Notes: generated from the sequence alone by a model not told the origin. DNA of 64,000 bases from the human T2T-CHM13v2.0 reference genome, Homo sapiens (GCF_009914755.1 NC_060928.1); one strand, 5' to 3'. Numbered from the stretch's first letter, positions 28,110 through 47,309 are shown. Translations and numbers: made by a program.

Positions 28110-28725
28110 GACCACACAAACAAACCTGTACACTATTGTTTATAGTAGCTTTATTTGTAATAGCCTCAAACTGAAAACAACAAAATGTTCCTCAATGGGT
28201 GAATGATTAGACTGTGGAACATCCATATATTGGAATACTGCTCAGCAATCAAAAGATCACACTATTGATATAGATGACAATTTGGATACAGTTCAAGTGA
28301 ATTATGTAGAGTGAAAAAAGCCTGTTCCTAAAGGTTACACACTGTACACTTTCATTTATATAACATCCTCAAAATGATAAAATTACAAAGATGGAAGACA
28401 GATTACTGGTTGCCAAGAGTTAGGGTTGTTATATGGGGAGGAGGGGTGGGTGCATCTATAAAGGGGTAGTAAAAGGGAGATCTTTGTGGTGATAAAAGAG
28501 GTCTGTATTGTTTGTAGTGATAGTCACATGGAATTACACACGATAAAATGACATAGAGCTACATACAGACATTGTACTAATGTCAGATTCCTGGTTTTCT
28601 TACTGTACTATAATTATACAAGATGTAACTATGGGGGAAACTGGGTGAAGAGTACATGAGACCACTCTGAACTATCTTTGCAACTTCCTGTGAATTTATA
28701 ATTATTTCAAATAAAAAGTAAGATA
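28110..28725 (+). mobile_element. Old L1M 3' end fragment
   Basis: agctttatttgtaatagcc..aaactgaaaacaac, gggggaaactgggtgaag, tttgcaacttcctgtgaatttataattatttcaaataaaaagt. Confidence 0.8.
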
Positions 28726-29689
28726 TAAAAAATCACTTGAAGGCTTTCATCATTAGAGAAATTCTTCTTGGATTCAATGGAGACAGTTTCTTTGGCATCC
28801 TTACTTTAACGGCATGCTAGAGAAAAATGAAAAATAGGTGGGAGACTGGAGAAGGCAGTAAGCCTTGCCATGCAAATTTAGTGAGCCATATGAAATGTCA
28901 AAGAGCATAATTATTTTCACAAGACTAAAGGCCTTTAGAATAGAGGCTTCTAAAATAAATAATTCATTTATACAATGTCGCCTAATGCATAGCTGTAGTT
29001 ACAGGGTGACTCTTGATCACAGGGATGGAAAGGAAGTAGAGGCAGAAACTTCCAGATTCCCACAGTCCCCTCACACGGTTACAGAAAGGCCATAGTGAAC
29101 TTCCTTCTCTCCTCTCCCCTCTGCTACAGTGCAACTTAGTTTCAGTTTAGTTTTTGATTTGGGGAACTTGAACCATCTCTAGGTAATTTCTAGTCCAGAG
29201 AACTTGTACTTGCACAATGTCCTTCTTGGGCAAAATCCGAAGTTTGGCTGTAGCAAATTTGAATCCTTGTGGTGGTTCCCTTATTACAAAACAAAGATTG
29301 ACTAGAAATCTTCCAGATGTTGAAAAAGACAACTGAAATTAATTTCTTTGTAGAGGGGCAGAAATAAACTCTAAAGAGTTAATTGACATAAGGCCAGTAC
29401 CAGTGTCCAGGTAGCAGAAGGAAGTAACTAAGACAGTGCATGCTTTTCTCCTTTTGGTTTTCATCCAGTCCTTCCATAAACCACTTCTGTCTGGGCCTCT
29501 ATTTCCTTATATGCAATAACAGTTAATTGTTGTACCTCGTGTGTTTTCTGGCATTATCTTAAATTTGGTTTCATATCTGTTCCTTTTGAGGTGAGAGTGG
29601 AACAGCCATGTGGAAATATTAAGGTTGTAGTAAGTACCTCAGCTCCGGAAAGAAGTCAGAACTAGAGATTTAGACATTTGGAACTTCAG

Positions 29690-29880
29690 AGGCAGTATAC
29701 AGTAATACTTTGGAGCCACATTTCTTGGGTCCAAACCCTGGTTCTCTAGCAAGTTATTTAACCTCTCAGTGTCTTAGTTTTTCAATTTGTGAAATGGAGA
29801 TAAACGGGGATGAGAATAGCCTCACAGGATTTTGGAAGGATTAGTCAATAAGCCCTGCTAAACACTGTTTACTATTGCTA
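29690..29880 (+). mobile_element. MIR
   Basis: gcaagttatttaacctctcagtgtcttagtttttcaatttgtgaaatggagata core. Confidence 0.7.
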
Positions 29881-30289
29881 GTATATAGCGCAGACAAATA
29901 AATATCTGCGACATTCCTCTAATTCCAAGAAGTCGTTTGCCTTGGTTCACCCGCTAAATAATATTAAGAGCCTTTCTCTTTAAAAAGAGGAGCAGCAAAT
30001 TACTTTTCATTAATATCATCAGCATAATAATAGACTTAGTTGAGAGATTCAGCGTGGCAGCACTTCACACAATCGAGCTCTCTTATTGATCATGTCATAA
30101 CAGCATCTCTATTTCTTAAGGACTCATTTCACGTCATACACCCATCCGATGCTCCTTTTTCGTTAGCCTCCGTCTCCTAAGTGGGCTTATCTGTCTCCTG
30201 CTATCAGGAAGGCACTAACTTTTCCTTTGGGTTGTTAGGGTAGCAAAGTGATTTTCAAATTCAGGGTTCTGGCTCCTTCTGCAGCCCAG

Positions 30290-30780
30290 AGAGGAGGAAA
30301 CAGGGCGGGACGCCGCCGGATTCCTGGGCAGGGCTTGAGTGGCGCACCTCGAGGCGCCGGCGACGCTGGCGTGTGACGTTGCTGCCTGACGCAGGCGCAG
30401 TGCCGCCCGGCCTCGGTTGGGACCCCTCCCCTCCTCCTCCGCCCCCTTGGGTGTCGGTGGCTGCGGCCAGGGTCTGGACCTGGGCGGCGGCCCCGGGCGG
30501 CGGGGCTAAAGGGTGTGGGCACCGGCAGAGCTTCGCAGGCTGCATCCGGCTCGGTGCTGCTGCCGTCGCCGCCCCTGCCGCCGCCCAAGGCCCTCGGCGT
30601 TCCCCGGAGAGAGGCCAGAGGGATTTCGGGCTGCCTCGGCACTCGCCCAGGTGAGGGGATGGGCCGGGCCAGACGGGGTTGAGGTCGTCAGCCCCTTTTT
30701 CCAGTGTCTCTGGAACTCAACCTGGTCGGAGTCTGAGAGCTTTGGCTTAGTAGTGGCTGCCTGCGGCGGCGACTCCTTCA
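30290..30780 (+). promoter_or_regulatory. BLTP1: CpG-island, TATA-less promoter of BLTP1
   Basis: Only CpG-rich block outside Alus; GC boxes (gggcggg 30303, ccgccc 30403 and 30439), CRE-like TGACGT 30374 and TGACGCA 30387, NRF1-like cgcaggcgca 30390. Confidence 0.88.
30400..30650 (+). other. BLTP1: BLTP1 non-coding exon 1 (start approximate)
   Basis: ATG-free GC-rich segment ending in strong donor CAG|GTGAGG at 30650/30651. Confidence 0.75.
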
Positions 30781-32091
30781 TATTCCTTTGCCATCCTTAC
30801 CTACAGCCCTGGCACCTATAAACCGAGGGTTGGAGGTCAGTGGCAAAGTCTGGAAGGGCCATGGCAGTCGGATGGCTGGGGACTTTGATACAGGAGCAGT
30901 TCCTGCGGGTGATGGTAAGGCGCTCCACTTGCTGGTGTGTGGACTCGGCAGGAAGGACCGTGCACCCGCAGGCTCGGACTGCAGCCTTGCCAGCTGCACT
31001 GGGTTGTAGTAGACCCCATGCTGCTTAATATAGGGTCGGTTGACCGAGGGCGGGGAAGCCTTGGAACAACCCCCGCTTTCTTCTCTGGGATTGATGTGTT
31101 TTGTATTCTGAATTGGTGCTTGCTGCACTGCACTCTAGAAGACTACGTTTCAGCAGAATTTCCTATTGGTCAAAGGAAGGTGAAGAGAAGTTGATTTTTC
31201 TTCCGGAGAGTATTAGTTGTTGTCGTTTTTTTTTTTTTTTTTTTTTACCTTCCTGTTGGCCTTAGTGTTGACGTTTGTTAAAGGTAAAAGTTCATGTGAA
31301 TTTCCTTTTTAAGGAAATCATGGGCTTTATAACTGTCTAAGCGCCTGTAAGTTTCAACCGGTTTAGTGGTTTCTGCTTTCACCCTGTGCATAGCAATGAA
31401 GTTGTTTTATTCCAAGTTAAATATACAAAGTATAAAAATAGATGAATAACCAGAATACTTTGTAACTATTGAGTGGTACATATAATTATGTGCATATATT
31501 ATCACATTTAATCATCAAAACAATCCTATAATGTAAAGTCTACTATTCCCATTTTCTAGATGAAAGAACAGAATAGACCTACAAAGTAACATGTTCAAAG
31601 TCAGAGCTGTGACTGAAACCAGGTAATCTGACTCGTTTGCAGTCCCTTAGTCAGTATGCCATACCAACTCCCAAGCACCCTGTGATTTTGCAAGATTTTC
31701 ATTTGATAAAAAGTATGCCAGGAAGGACATTATGGCACTGTTCTTGCCGGCAAGGACCCAACAGTTTGAGAGAAACTTTCTCAATGTGCATTTTGAGTTA
31801 TGTTTTAAACATAGGATTTGATCTCTAGGACCTTTGATTACCAAACTCATGCTCTTAAGTACAGTGGTTTTGGAGTCTTTGGAAGGCTTCAGTTTGGAAG
31901 TTGTAGTTTTATTTTATACTTAGGAGTATTTGTTGTTTGGAAACTTTAAACAAGGAAACGTAATATTGGACTAAAAGAGTTTCGTCCTGTTTGTGCATGA
32001 TTAAGTAACGAAATCATATAATCAGAAATGGTTATGCTGCTCGTAAAGCCAGAATACCTTGTATAATTAGTTAAAATGCCATACTTTTCAG

Positions 32092-32469
<378 letters not shown>

Positions 32470-32574
32470 TAGTCATTTTACTTGACTTTTGAGCTATTGA
32501 TACCTGATTGACAAATTAAGTCATGTGCTTAGCCTGTGCATTGGCAGGAGAAAGCAGGGAAATCCTTTGCTTAA

Positions 32575-33065
<491 letters not shown>

Positions 33066-33281
33066 TCAAAGGTGATTAAGAAGCAGTGTAATTCATTTCA
33101 TAACTAGCTATTGAGTATCATGTGTCAGACATCCAGGCTTCTGGTAATAGAGCAATGGTCTTCATGGCCCTGGAGAACACTACAGTAGTGCATTTTCTCT
33201 TAGAAGGTAACATTTTTTGTGAATTAATATGTTTTCTTTATTTGATAAGCAAGTATGTTTTTGGTTTATGTAAGAGACTAG

Positions 33282-33689
<408 letters not shown>

Positions 33690-33829
33690 TGAAATGAGGA
33701 TTTTTGTAGACTTAATTTTAGCATACTGTATTTCATATTAAAGATAATATGGGAGCTTAGCAAAATTAATTTTTTAATTTGAGAAAATTTTGAGGAACTT
33801 GTATAGAGGATACATGGTCAGATAGGGAA

Positions 33830-35000
33830 CTGTTTAGGTGATGAATTGGAGGGAGGTGAGCTTTGAAGACTGGTGATTAGTTAGAGGCTATTATAGTTAT
33901 CCAGGTGGGAAATGAGAACTGCAGTGCATATTGGAATTAAGAAATGGAGATGGATTTAATAGATGTAAAGAGGGTAGATGGATAGGATTTAGTGGGCTTG
34001 AGGGAAAATGAAGTCAGGGTAATTTCTAGCCACCATCATCTTTATGCATATGTTAATGTTTAATAAATACTTTTGAGATGCTTAGAATGAATTCTCTGGC
34101 TTGGGAAACTGAGTAGATTCTGGGGCCATTTACTGAGGTAGGAAGTGTAGGAAGAACAGTAGATTGGGGAACATGATTGGAGGAGATGAGTTCAGTTTGG
34201 TCCATTAAATCTGAGGCATCCGTGACTTCTAAGAAATGTCATTAGTGAGTTGTATATATGGATCTGAATTAAGCAGAATACCCAGCTTGAGATGTAAATT
34301 TTGGAGTCACAATTTAAAAATGATAGTTAAAAGCAACGGCAATGGATGAGATCACTCAGGAAAATGTAGAGTGAAAATAGAAGAGAAATGAGGTTGGAGA
34401 ACAACAGCATTTAAGGGTGAGGTTAAAGAAAAATACACCTCAAAGGAGTGGGCAGGGAAGTAAGATTGGGTAAGAGAGTCACAAAAGTCAGTGGAAGAAC
34501 CGAGTTTAGAGAAAAGGAATGAGTATTAGACATCTATAGACATCAAATAGGATGAGGACAACTAAAGTATCCATTGGACATATCACTTAAGAAATCGTTG
34601 ATGACCTGAGCAAGAGCAGTTTTATAAGTGAAGCTAATTCACACTGGGCAAGAGACATGGATGTTGAAATAGCTAATGTCATTTACTATTTCAGAAAGTT
34701 TAGTTGTAAATGAATAGAGAAGGATATAGCTAAAGCTATGAGTTTGAGAGAAGGTTTTTGTTTTTTAAGGTATAAGGGATATAAGCACATGTTTATTTGC
34801 TGAAGATAAAGAGTCATCAGTAAGAAAATCTGAAGATAAAGGAATGAGGCAAAATAATTGGTGAAGCAAAGTCACTGAACAAACTGGAAAGGATATAATA
34901 CAAGGGCTCAGGTCAAGGGTACTTTAGGTAGACTTCTACTGAGACAGGAAGGAAGGAGATGATGATGATGATATATTACAGATAAATTTGTAGGAGGCAG
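33830..35000 (-). mobile_element. L2 fragments
   Basis: Purine-rich diverged motifs gttagaggctattatagttatccagg, gatgagttcagtttgg, atggatgagatcactcagg. Confidence 0.65.
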
Positions 35001-35228
35001 GATAAAGGGCTACTCTACAAAGTTTATGCAGGAGACTCTGACTTATGGTAGAAAGAGGAAATGGTTCACTCTTGTAATCAGTAGCCTTCTTGATGTGGCA
35101 TTGCTGACTCCTGATCTTTTAGTAGGGAGGAGGAGGAGAGTGAGGTGGTTTAGCTTAAGATGACGTATATGAATCATCAAGTTAGAGATACCTTGAAGAT
35201 CTCTTGCAAAATTACCCTTCTCATACTT

Positions 35229-35830
35229 TGTATTAGTATCTATGGCTAAATAACAAATTATCCCAGAACTTAGGGGTTTAAACCGATAAATGTTTTTTAT
35301 TTCAATTTCTGTGGATCAAAAATTTGGGAATGACTAAACTGGGTGCTTCTGGCTCAGGGTCTTTGAGGAGGATGCAGCAAAGATGTAGGTTGGGACTTTA
35401 GTTATCTAGGGTAGTGGTCCTCAACCTTTTTGGCACTAGGGACCAGTTTTGTAGAACAATTTTTCCGTGCACCTGACAGGGGTGGGGTTGGTGGGGGGAT
35501 GGTTTCAGGATGAAACTGTTCCACCTCAGATCATCAGGCATTAGATTCTCTTAAGGAGTGCACAACCTAAATCCCTCGCAGGTGCAGTTCATAATTGGGT
35601 TTGTGCTCCTATGAGAATAATGCCACCTGCTGATCTGACAGGAGGCAGAGCTCAGGTGGTAATCCTCACTCACCTCCTGCTGTGTGGCCTAGTTCCTAAC
35701 AGGCCACAGACCAGTACCAGTCTGCGGCCTGGGGGTTGGGGACCCCTGATCTAGGGGCTCAACTGGGGCTGGAAGGGTTTAATTCCATGATGGCTCACTA
35801 GTTTAGCTGCTGGATGGAGACCAACAGCTT
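35229..35830 (-). mobile_element. MLT-type LTR fragment split by MER1B
   Basis: tgtattag...taacaaattatcccagaacttaggggtttaaac...ttctggctcagggtct; resumes ggggctggaagg after 35756. Confidence 0.65.
35412..35748 (-). mobile_element. MER1B (hAT-Charlie MITE)
   Basis: Termini tagtggtcctcaacc / ggttggggacccctg; perfect 8-bp TSD ATCTAGGG (35404-35411, 35749-35756). Confidence 0.95.
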
Positions 35831-36553
35831 TTTTTGTCATAGTCACGTAAAAATTCAATTTCAGTTATAGTAATATTCTTGGTTCACAGGAATTGGCTAT
35901 TATGTGGATCCATTTGGCTCTCTGCCTAGCAACACTCCAATTAAAAAAATATTTTCTTTGAACTTGATATGATGAGAGTGTTGGTAAACACATGTGACCA
36001 TTTTCCCCTCCCTGTCTCCCAAGTCCCTGTTTTTTTGGGTGGGTAGTTTGCTGTGTATCAGGTGAGGGTTCCTGATCCAAGTGGCTTAAGACTGGAAGAT
36101 ATGAGAAAAGCCTAAATGCTACATAGGAAAAAAGAAATAGTTTTACTTCAAAAAAACCTTTAGAATTTTACTTTGTTGATGCTAGCATTTTAGTGTTATT
36201 TAGTGTTTTAGAGTATTTTAAATAAAAATGGAAGTGAGAAATTGAATTGTTGATTAAAAGAAACTTACAGAATGTGTTTGTTAGCCAATATGAAAAAAGC
36301 ATAAATGAAGCCCTATAACTAATTAATTTATGGTATGAGGACTAACCCTTTCATTCGTGGTAGTTTCTATTTATCTCTTTGTATTGCTCACCATTTTAAG
36401 GAGTATGCTGAAGGTAGTAATTACCACTAAAGTATTACCATTAAAAGTAGATAACATTTAAAAGTCATGATTTCTTCTAGATTTAGAGAGATTGTAGTTA
36501 GCTCTCTCTGTCCTCTTAGTTGATATGTTTTCTACAGCTTTTTAAGTTTTTGA

Positions 36554-36879
<326 letters not shown>

Positions 36880-37213
36880 TTAGGTGAACCAGCATAAATT
36901 TCTGGCTATGGAGGTGAGGTTTGGTAAAATACAGCATTTTTGGTTGGGTGATATGACTTCTTAGATATTCAGAGTTCTTCGATATATAAGCATGAAGAAC
37001 CATTTTTGTAGCATAGATTATGATATTAAAAATTATGTTTGTTTCATTTGCTGATTTATAGTGTTTGGATCATCAGTCGCCATACCTGAATATTTCTTTT
37101 GCCTAGTATTTGATTTTCTTCTAAGAATCATGCTCACTAGTACTTGTGGAACTATGTTATTCATGTTGGTACTTTCTTGATTGTTATTTGTGGCAACTAA
37201 TTTCTTTTGGTTA

Positions 37214-37547
<334 letters not shown>

Positions 37548-39477
37548 TTATTTTACTTATTGTAAGGAATGAAATACATTTTAATCGTTGTTTACTGCCA
37601 TGGACTTTATTGTTTTTTAGCTTTCACTTTGTTGTTGAATTGATTTTTTCTTTAAGAATATTAATAAAAGTAGCTTAGCTACTACTGTTATAATGTTTTT
37701 TGTCAAGTGCTGTGCTGTGAGTTTTATGTTTGCTTTATGTTTTTAATGCCTTCAGCATCTCTTCAAGGAAGAGATGGCCATCCTACTATTTGGAAACAGG
37801 CGCAAAGAGATTCAGAGGCTTGCTCACAGCTAACAGAAGTATAAAAGGGATGAAGCCAGCTTTCCATTTCAAATCTGGTTTTAAAGCCTACTCTATTTCT
37901 AAGATACCAGACAATTTCTATTATTTCTGATTGAATGTTATTTTACCACATAATTCTGTTGGGCTTTAGAACTAGTTAACAGGTGAAATTGTGTTTGTTG
38001 TGTATAGAATCCTGGGACTGAAAAGGACCTGGAGTGACCCTTCCTAGGTAGCAAGGATTATACCTAATCTATTTTACCTAAGAGGATAATTGTTTATTTT
38101 GTCTGCTTGAATAAACAGAATAGGACATTATATAATTTTGATTTATGTGCACAAAGATGCTGGCCCTGTCCAGAATTGTTAAGGAGCCTAAGTTTGCATT
38201 TGTCGCCCATCTCTTTTGAAGATTTTCCACATCTTCGGGAATCTTAGGCTTTTTGTAATATTCATAGGTCCTGCTTGTGAATGAGAAAAGCACTCTAATG
38301 AATCAATTTACACTAATACCACATGGTAATCATGAATGGTAGGTATTATTGAAATCCCATTAAGATATCTTTCCATTCTTAAGAATATTGGTTAGCGTTC
38401 TATTTAAATAAATGGGTGGTGTAATTTTAGGCCTTGTTGTGTCATGATGGGAGCAATTTTTAAGCAGAGAGGGTCCTACAAATCACTGTACATGTAATGA
38501 GTAATGTCAACCTTTTTATACATTCCAGTACTATCTTAAATGTATAAAGTTTACATAGTTATTTTAAGTGAGGTATTCAATTGCAGTAGACACATATTTT
38601 GTATACTTTATCTGTATAGCATCATAGAATTGGAAGGAACTTCACAAAGTCATTTGTTCCAGGCCATCTGCCTGAGGCTTGGTTAGTGCTTAGACCATTT
38701 TTGTCACTTTACAAACAGTTTACATGAATTAAACACTCCTTGAAACTTTATTTTGAATAAAAATGTTGTATGATCTGATTTGTATTTTACTTTTGTTTTG
38801 GGATCTCCTTAGGCCATGGCAAAGATAAACAATCTGTTCAGGCAGATCTTTTGTTTTGGTATTTAGTGAGATATTTGGATCAATTACTTGGTGTTTTAAT
38901 TGTTAAGGAGGAGATAAATGTCTTTAGAATTGGTAACCCTACACAAATTATCTGAAGATAATTTGTTACATATGCGCAGAGACCAGTTAAAGGTTTTCAA
39001 GTTAAGCGTTTGGTCTGCAACATTTAATATTGATCACTAAATGTAGAAAGCAATGTAGAAATGTGATTGTGCAGAGTACATAATTCACAGAATTTCTAGT
39101 ATACAGTAATGGTGCTATGTGCTAACAGGTACTTAACCTTACTTGGTGATGAAGAGAGTGTATGTTGGTGGAGTTCAAAGGAGAGCTCTAAAGTTGGTTT
39201 ATTTTCCAGCCCTTAAAGAACTGTGATGAAATCCAGAAGACTTTAATATAATGGTGTGAAGATTTGTGGATGGCTTAGGTCCAAAGATTGTGATTTCATT
39301 GTTGCATGAGGGATTTGGGTACGATTAAATTTTTTTTTTCATTTTTGTTCTATTTGGAATTGGGTTGTTAAAATATTGAATGTTCTGTTTCTTTACTTTT
39401 TTTTGGCAGGCCGGTTGTAGGGGGTGGGTGAGAAATACTGTAATGAGATCTCTTCTTAGCTCTAGAAAATGAGAGCC

Positions 39478-39792
39478 ATTTTTTTCTTTTTTCTTTTGTT
39501 TTCTTTTTTTTTTTTTGAGACAGGGTCTTGCTCTGTCACCCAGGCTGGTATGCAGTGGTGCAGTCACAGCTCACTGTAGCCTTGACTTCCCAGGCTTAAG
39601 TGTCCTTCCCATTTCAGTCTCTCCAGTAGATGGAACTACAGGTGCTTGCCACCACACCCAGCTAATTTTTGTATTTTTTTGTAGAGACGGCGTTTCCTCA
39701 TGTTACCCAGGCTGGTCTCCTGGGCTCAAGTGATCGCCCACTTCAGCCTCCCAAAGTGCTGGGATTACAGGCGTGAGCCACAACACTCAACC
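39478..39792 (-). mobile_element. AluJ
   Basis: Dimer with T-rich tail. Confidence 0.92.
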
Positions 39793-41189
39793 AGAGAATC
39801 AAATTTTCTTAAGGGTAAAAAAGATCATTTAGGAGTGTCTTTGGCCCTGAATACATTAGAAATACTTGCCTATCTTTGACAATAGCTCATAATGATGTAT
39901 TTTTTATAATGATGCATTTATTTCATTCATTTATGAAGCAAATATTTATTGAGAGACTGCTCAATGCCAGGAACTTTGTTGGATATTGGATACCCAAATG
40001 AGTACAGCAAGCACATCCTTAAGGAGCAGTCATTAGTGGGGGAGATACATTTCTAAACCGATAATTACAATACAGTGTGATAAGTACTAAGAGACAGGTT
40101 GTCATTCAAGCAGCATTTATTTAGCATTTTCTATATTGTTAGACATTCTAGTAAAGATTATGAATATTCTAACTCTTAAACTTAATACTCAGAATTTCTG
40201 AGCTGTATGGTAGAATTTTTAAGCCCAATAAATATTTATTGAATGGATAAGCAAAAACACATAGAAAAGGTTATATTGTACTTTCTATGTTGCTCCAAAT
40301 AATCAAAATCAAATATACTTTCCCATGACAGTGCCAGGGTAAGCTGTGGCTCTTCACAGTTAGGTCTTCTCAAGTGATAAGTAATGTTATATGGATATAT
40401 TCCAGCTTAAGCCTGATAAAGGAAAACCTTATTTCACACAGTTCTGTTCAACTTATGGGATATTTGTTTCAGAGGAGCCATGAAGCCCTGGAAGGGGATT
40501 AACCAGTGCACTGAGCTTTCTTGAGGACCTGTGGGCAGGTTCACAGATGGGAATTGGGAAAATTGTAATCAACCAGTTCTTTCCAACTCTTCTTCTTTGA
40601 GTTAATCAAATCTTGCTGAGATGGGGTGGAGTTGGGGGATTTGGGTCAAGCTGTGGTGACGAAAGTCCTCTCATCCATAATTCCTTTCAGCTATCACCCT
40701 AGGGTCATCCTTCTGCTAGCTGTTATTAACACAAATTAAATGTTAAGAAAAATAGAAGAGGAAAAGGGACAGTAGAAGGTAATGGGGTTATAACAACAAC
40801 AACAAAAAAAAACTGGGAGTAATAAGAAGAAAAAGGATGAAGTAAAAATGTTTTAAAATAAATATGAACTTGACTCATACTTTAAAAATATATGGAAGCA
40901 ATCAGAGTCTGTCATTCTTTTCTCTACAGAATCTCCTTGCATTTGGGTTCATTCTTTCTCTGTTGTTCCTGTTCTGATAAAAGAAATGTTCCTCTTTCTA
41001 TCAAAAGCTAGTTCCTGCACATATGTATGCTCTGGATTGAGATTTTAAAAGTCTTATGTATTAAATATTGTGCGCCTTCAGTCATATGGTTTCATGGTCT
41101 CTTCTAAAGCACACAGTCATGTTTCTTGTAAAGAAAATTGTCCTTAGATTTGATAGGCCTAGTTATAAATAATAAAAACACAGTGCTTT

Positions 41190-41640
41190 GTTTTGGGTTT
41201 CCCCAGAAACAAACCTGGGATAAAGATTCAAGGGTATATAGTTTATTGGGAAATGATCATAGGAAACACTGGTAGAAGTGGGGAAGGAAGAAAAGAAAGG
41301 GATAGAAGTGAATAAAGGGCATTATTCTGGCTGTTACCACTGTGGGCACCTGGAGTTCACTCATATTGGGAACTCTGAAGACATCAAATAAACTACCATC
41401 GGAGTTATCCCAAACCAAGAGCAAGGACAATTTGAGTGTTAAATCCACCAACTTCCTAGCCATAATTGACATTAACTCTCTGGCGTTTCTCGCTTGTCCC
41501 TGGAGTGCAAGCTGAGTGTGTCCTTGCAGTCAGAAAGCAGCACTCAGCAGGGTATCACAGGTGTTCATAATGAGCAGGTTTCCTGTGTAGAGGTGAGTGC
41601 CAACAGTATATGGGCAAGACACCAATAGCATTGGCTGCCA
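41190..41640 (-). mobile_element. MLT1-type (ERVL-MaLR) LTR
   Basis: gggtttccccagaaacaaacctgggataaagattcaag...gtttattgggaaatgatc...ttaccactgtgggcacctggag. Confidence 0.7.
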
Positions 41641-41644
41641 ATAG

Positions 41645-41895
41645 CAAACATTTATACAATTCAGTATCTATGATGTGCCAGAAGTTCTAAATGCTTTACA
41701 TCAACTTATCAATTTACACACTATAACTCTATGAGATAGGTACTATTAGTGTCCTCACTTTACACATGAGGAAACAGAGTACAGAGAGGTTAGGTATTTT
41801 GCCCACAATCACACAGCTATAATTTCAGAACTGACATTTGAACCCAGGTGAAGCATAGTATAGAGTCTATGCTTTTAATCCATATAGTGATCTGC
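41645..41895 (-). mobile_element. MIR
   Basis: aactctatgagataggtactattag..cactttacacatgaggaaacagag..cagagaggttagg. Confidence 0.8.
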
Positions 41896-42504
41896 TTCTG
41901 GAACAATATAGTCTGAAGCAGCATCTTTTGATTCTACTGTTGTTCCATAATAACTGCCTTCTCTTTCTCCTTTCCCCTAATCTCTTTTGTTTTAGTGTTC
42001 TGTGTCTACTTCCTTATTTGTAGTTGTCTCCGCCCCTCCCTGCAATTCTAGAACATTGTAGGCATTCCTCTTTCCATTTTACACTCAAGGCTATCATATC
42101 AAATAATTCTTGCTAAGGTATTAACTGATATTTCTGAGTTTATGTGAAGGCCTCTGAGTTTGGTATTGCTTGGTGAGTATCTGCATGTTAATTACAAAAT
42201 ACAAATATTTAAGAACCATAGAAAGAAAGATGTGATTATAGAGTTACAGATGACTAGGTTAGAATTTTGGGATTGGGAGACACCTATACCTTGGCCATGG
42301 TTATAAGGAGAGGCCAAGAAATGTGTGCTTAGGCAAAAAAAGCCGTTTTCCCAACTACAGCATCCTGTCCTCCAGCCATCACTTTGTCTTTTTCTTTTTA
42401 AATTATGGAAATATTACACGCCAGTTGTAAAACAAACAGTATGTGAGTGCCCAGAATAAAAGTGAAAGTCTGGTTTTGTTGCTGCTTCTCCTTCCCCCAG
42501 AATC

Positions 42505-45400
<2,896 letters not shown>

Positions 45401-47010
45401 CATCTCCCAGGTGTGTCCTCCTTATCCTATTTCTGCCGCAACATACTTTTCAGCTTGTTCTCCTGCATGGAAACCCTACTTAGCTCTTTTGGGTCTGGGA
45501 CCTTTCTCTTGGGCTCTGACACCCTATGCCAGGCAGCCTTCTTGAGTAGATGCTCTTTTCTCTCTGCTCAGGCTCTCATTCCTCTCAGTCTCTGAAACCT
45601 TAATCTGGTTGCTTCTCCTGTGCCGCCTCCTGCCCCTACTGGCCATGGATGTTCTTCTCCTTCCACTCAGGCTCCAGCATCCTGTGCCTAACTTCTCCCC
45701 TACAAGTGTATGCTCCTCATCTCACTCTGGTTTTGACACCCTTAGGTGCTGCCACTACTCCACAAGCTTGTCCGTCATGCCATTGGATACTTAATTTATT
45801 CGTATCAGGCTCTGACATCCAGCTCTAGGCCGCTGAGACTTCTGTTTCTCTCTTCCCCATGTGCAGACGCATGCTTTACTCTGCTTCACCTTGCAACTCT
45901 TAGATTGAACTGTTCAGGAAGGGTAGAGGAAGAGGAAACAACCAGTTTGTATTTTGTTCCACCGTTTGCTCCATGAAGATTTTGCAATAGATTACCATAA
46001 GTCTCCAGTCTCTCACTATTAAGGAATTGGTGATATACTACTTCATGTGGCTGAGCATACAACATTTTTGTTTGGATTCTGTGTCTAGTGTTGCCTTACT
46101 TTCTTTATACCAGAATATCTACTTCTTACTTTAGGGGCTTTTTAAATCTTAGCCTTTATTTCTGTACTTGCTTAAAATATGTTCTTTTAAATATTGAGCC
46201 TTTATCTGTTGATTTCTCTTAAAGGCTTTGCATTAATCTAATATTTGGGAAATATTGATTGAAACTTGTTTGATACTGTAAGGTTTCTGTCTTTACAGCC
46301 TAAACAACCTCTTCCCACATTCTTTTTCACTATGGTTTGTTACTGTGGTAGGTCATGATTATTTTAGATGAGGTATTTTTGGTGGATAGGTCCTTTCCCC
46401 TTGAATTTGATTAGAAACAGATTTCCTTTTTATGTGGAGACTTGAATGCTGGGACACATCTCTCATGAAACTTCCAGAGTCTTTTCCTCCTTAGTGATGT
46501 GCTGGCTAGCAATCTGTAGAATGGTAAAAATAAGTATGAAATTGATACATATGTTATTTTATGATATGTAAACCATTATGTAATATGTGAATATTTGGTT
46601 TTAGATTTTTTAAGATAGTTTTTTTCAAAGTATTTGCTTCCTTTTTAAAGTTAAAAAAAAAACTTAAGAGGGAAGAAAGAGAAAGCTCATGTTATAAAGT
46701 TAGCCGTCAAATTTTAAGGTGCTGACAGGGATTTTTCAAAGCTTTGAAAAATACGAGAACATTTTTTACTCAGTTTCTACACTGTAGGAAAAAAAAGGAT
46801 TATTGTAAACTGAAAACATTTTCTTAATCTTCTCTAGCTCCTGCGTTTAGGTTTTCATATCACTGTTAATAATAAACCTTCTGTTATTGAGCTCTGTATT
46901 ATTTTCTTAAGAGATGTTTAATTTGCCTCTGTAAATTATAAGATTTCAACAGTGTAGAAATATGAAACATAATGTGTTGTAGATTGTGTCTGGCAATGTT
47001 ATCTCATTCA

Positions 47011-47309
47011 ATTTTTATTTATTTATTTATTTTAGAAGGGGTCTCCCTCTCTCAACTGGGCTGGAGTGCAGTAGCATGATCATAGCTCACCGTAACCTTG
47101 AACTCCTAGGCTCAAGCAATCCTCCTGCCCCCATGCCCTGAGTAGCTAGGACTACAGGTGCACACCACCATGCCTGGCTAGTTTTTTATTTTTATTTTTT
47201 TGGCAGAGATGGGGTCTCACTGTGTTGCCCAGGCTGGATTCCAACTTCTGGCCTCAAGAGTTCTTCCTACCTTTGCCTCCCAAAGCACTGGGATTATAGG
47301 TTCTTGGCC
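47011..47309 (-). mobile_element. AluJ
   Basis: Dimer; flanks ctcattcaatttt / ctcatccaatttt. Confidence 0.9.

Noticed and set aside
30235-31194. Cluster of overlapping 60-135 aa ORFs on both strands
   Set aside because: Expected from stop-poor GC-rich CpG-island DNA; no recognisable domains
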